Assembly: GCF_001194135.2 (NCBI RefSeq)
Contig: NC_068986.1
Span: 31,719,929 to 31,758,583 of the forward strand
Direction of reading: 5' to 3'
DNA from: Octopus bimaculoides
Taxonomy: Eukaryota
Length of the DNA: 38,655 nt
Shown: in pieces, positions 35,791 to 38,655 of the stretch
Layout of the letters: each line of letters begins with the position of its first letter
How positions within the stretch are numbered: position 1 is the stretch's first letter
Program-made: the position numbers and the translations under genes
Notes under the pieces: generated by a model
Databases searched by the model: none
What the model was told of the DNA's origin: nothing
What the model saw: only the letters and a program-made list of their open reading frames with translations

Positions 35791-36801
35791 TGACAGTGTG
35801 TATGAAGGTAATAAGTGTGTAAAGGAAAATGATGACGNNNNNNNNNNNNNNNNNNNNNNNNNNNNNNNNNNNNNNNNNNNNNNNNNNNNNNNNNNNNNNN
35901 NNNNNNNNNNNNNNNNNNNNNNNNNNNNNNNNNNNNNNNNNNNNNNNNNNNNNNNNNNNNNNNNNNNNNNNNNNNNNNNNNNNNNNNNNNNNNNNNNNNN
36001 NNNNNNNNNNNNNNNNNNNNNNNNNNNNNNNNNNNNNNNNNNNNNNNNNNNNNNNNNNNNNNNNNNNNNNNNNNNNNNNNNNNNNNNNNNNNNNNNNNNN
36101 NNNNNNNNNNNNNNNNNNNNNNNNNNNNNNNNNNNNNNNNNNNNNNNNNNNNNNNNNNNNNNNNNNNNNNNNNNNNNNNNNNNNNNNNNNNNNNNNNNNN
36201 NNNNNNNNNNNNNNNNNNNNNNNNNNNNNNNNNNNNNNNNNNNNNNNNNNNNNNNNNNNNNNNNNNNNNNNNNNNNNNNNNNNNNNNNNNNNNNNNNNNN
36301 NNNNNNNNNNNNNNNNNNNNNNNNNNNNNNNNNNNNNNNNNNNNNNNNNNNNNNNNNNNNNNNNNNNNNNNNNNNNNNNNNNNNNNNNNNNNNNNNNNNN
36401 NNNNNNNNNNNNNNNNNNNNNNNNNNNNNNNNNNNNNNNNNNNNNNNNNNNNNNNNNNNNNNNNNNNNNNNNNNNNNNNNNNNNNNNNNNNNNNNNNNNN
36501 NNNNNNNNNNNNNNNNNNNNNNNNNNNNNNNNNNNNNNNNNNNNNNNNNNNNNNNNNNNNNNNNNNNNNNNNNNNNNNNNNNNNNNNNNNNNNNNNNNNN
36601 NNNNNNNNNNNNNNNNNNNNNNNNNNNNNNNNNNNNNNNNNNNNNNNNNNNNNNNNNNNNNNNNNNNNNNNNNNNNNNNNNNNNNNNNNNNNNNNNNNNN
36701 NNNNNNNNNNNNNNNNNNNNNNNNNNNNNNNNNNNNNNNNNNNNNNNNNNNNNNNNNNNNNNNNNNNNNNNNNNNNNNNNNNNNNNNNNNNNNNNNNNNN
36801 N

Positions 36802-36873
<72 letters not shown>

Positions 36874-38063
36874 GTGGCGTCAATTAGTTTAAAGACAGGG
36901 TGTACTACCGATTGAATGTTAATCACTTCCGTTTGTTTTAATCACTAACAATCCAAAATATGAATGACTAAAAACAGAAATTTTATGACACGAAAATTTT
37001 AATAAGCATGATGCAGTTTTCGACATTATTAGTAAAGCCACAAAAGAACATAATATCTTAGAAAACAAAATTATTCGATTTTTATATTTGCTGTTATAAT
37101 TTAAGTTGGATAACATATTAATAATTATTTGATTATATCATCTTAAGAGCTTGTGTATCGGGTGGTTCATTATGTCAGTAATAAACACATGAACTGTTCT
37201 ATTTCACTTCTTTAATGTCATACCTATAAATGTGTTTATGTATATATGCATTCATAAGACCGTACATACAAGTATGTGTGAATGAGCGACTGTGTGCAAA
37301 CATTGGCGAGAAAATCGAACGACTGTTGTTTCCAAATCAAAATACCCTGTGTGATAGCTGTTTCCAACTGAGTTACACAGACAATCCCTTGCCTCTCCCC
37401 AAACAACAGAAAATACAGTGAAATAATAATTCGACTACAAGAAACTTACAACCAACAACACTATTAATCACCAAATGCGCGACAGAAATTAAATCAAATT
37501 AAATCGATAAGATAAAACTGACGCAATACCATGTCTAAAGTTGAACGCGTAATTGTGGACCGTTTCATTCCACGATGAATTTTATTATGGTATAAGTTAT
37601 GACTTGTTGGTTAGAGCTAATTATAATCTCATTTAAGCTTTGATACATACTTGGTATGTTGCCGTCAGGTTTTACTGTTCGTAAAGTAAATTAATTATGT
37701 TAGGTATCCTGTTCCGTTTCGAGGAGAGTCAAAATGAAACTCCAGCTTCATGAATGAATTTGTTTTTGTGTTTCATGAGAAGACTACAATTGAATGAATG
37801 AATAAAATGAATGAATAAAATACAAAAGATTCCTCTTGAGATTTAGACATCATTCACAGTTAGATAGACAAATCAATAGGAAGTCAATAATATAGCTGAT
37901 AATGGTGTATATATATNNNNNNNNNNNNNNNNNNNNNNNNNNNNNNNNNNNNNNNNNNNNNNNNNNNNNNNNNNNNNNNNNNNNNNNNNNNNNNNNNNNN
38001 NNNNNNNNNNNNNNNNNNNNNNNNNNNNNNNNNNNNNNNNNNNNNNNNNNNNNNNNNNNNNNN

Positions 38064-38420
38064 ACTTTTCGTAATGAGATAAAAGACCAAGGGTGTGTAT
38101 AATATAGAATATTTATAAATAGGATGTCTTACAGCTGTTTCCAGGATATTTATTATATCCCTTCATCAGAGACGGTGTGAGAGGATGATTAAGTAATAGT
38201 TAGTTTAGTTAAGATAGAAAATAGAGAGTGAATGTAGGGATATTGTATTTGTAAATCCAATGTTTAGGCAGAAAGGTATACATATAAGATTCCAATACCT
38301 TGTGAGTAAGATCCAATTGATTTTAAGATTGGTCATAGCATTTGTAAATCCATTATTAAGATTCCAAAACCCTATGGAGCAAAGTCCAACAGTCCTTGAA
38401 ATTGGTCATTCCAAATACAG
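38064..38420 (-). mobile_element. Probable Penelope-like pseudo-LTR (or retrozyme-like) fragment hosting the ribozyme
   Basis: Inferred from the ribozyme architecture only; no GIY-YIG or RT motif recognised in the flanks; boundaries approximate. Confidence 0.4.
38126..38173 (-). ncRNA. Near-canonical type I minimal hammerhead ribozyme; predicted cleavage after GUA, between 38130 and 38129
   Basis: Minus strand: GUCU-CUGAUGA(38169-38163)-a GGGAUAU aauaa AUAUCCU g-GAAA(38141-38138)-CAGCUG-U-A-AGAC. All core nucleotides are present, with a 4-bp stem I, 7-bp stem II and perfectly palindromic ACAGCUGU stem III. Confidence 0.85.
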
Positions 38421-38455
38421 ACACGCAAACATTTACACACACATACATATATACA

Positions 38456-38623
38456 TATATACGACGGGCTTCTTTCAGTTTCCGTCTACCAAATTCACTC
38501 ACAAGGCTTTGGTCGGCACGAGGCTATAGTAGAAGATACTTGCCCAAGGTGCCACTCAGTGGAACTGAACCCGGAACCATGTGGTTGGTAAGCAAGCTAC
38601 TTACCACACAGCCACTCCTGCGC
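38456..38623 (-). mobile_element. CORE-like tRNA-derived SINE
   Basis: Minus strand: A box tggctgtgtgg, B box gggttcagttcc, ccttgggcaagt motif; high identity to 23295-23453. Confidence 0.9.

Positions 38624-38655
<32 letters not shown>

Noticed and set aside
37347-37380. Minus-strand CUGUGU...GGAAACAGCUAUC-ACACAG, resembling a hammerhead 3' half with a 6-bp stem I
   Set aside because: No CUGANGA at all and stem III is mismatched; indistinguishable from a chance hairpin without family data.
38180-38420. GIY-YIG endonuclease C-terminus upstream of the hammerhead
   Set aside because: I translated the frames on both strands and found no recognisable GIY-YIG motif, so the Penelope-like assignment rests on the ribozyme alone.

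Overview
AT-rich, microsatellite-saturated animal genomic DNA with 15 N-gaps, nearly all flanked by simple repeats. The repeat families and texture suggest an octopod cephalopod short-read assembly; this is inference, not a database result. No intact protein-coding gene can be supported, and almost all long ORFs in the track are artefacts of N-runs or microsatellites. The window holds at least three tRNA-derived SINE families (about 18 copies or fragments), a CR1/L2-type LINE 3' end (4.7-5.0 kb) and an internally deleted Tx1/L1-clade LINE (32.8-34.6 kb). It also holds two MITEs (6.8-7.4 kb and 19.3-19.5 kb), a probable Helentron-associated element and a few weak candidate exons. The main unannotated signal is a set of minimal hammerhead-ribozyme motifs of the type known from Penelope-like elements. 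One is nearly canonical (38126-38173, minus), two degenerate copies sit back-to-back in a 100-nt hairpin (2562-2661), and a half-ribozyme forms the loop of a palindrome of at least 270 bp (1-270). Two other signals stand out: a young SINE inserted twice at the same position in the head of older relatives (14.4 and 31.7 kb), and a diverged three-unit ~320-bp tandem repeat with peptide-level similarity on the minus strand (26.2-27.1 kb).
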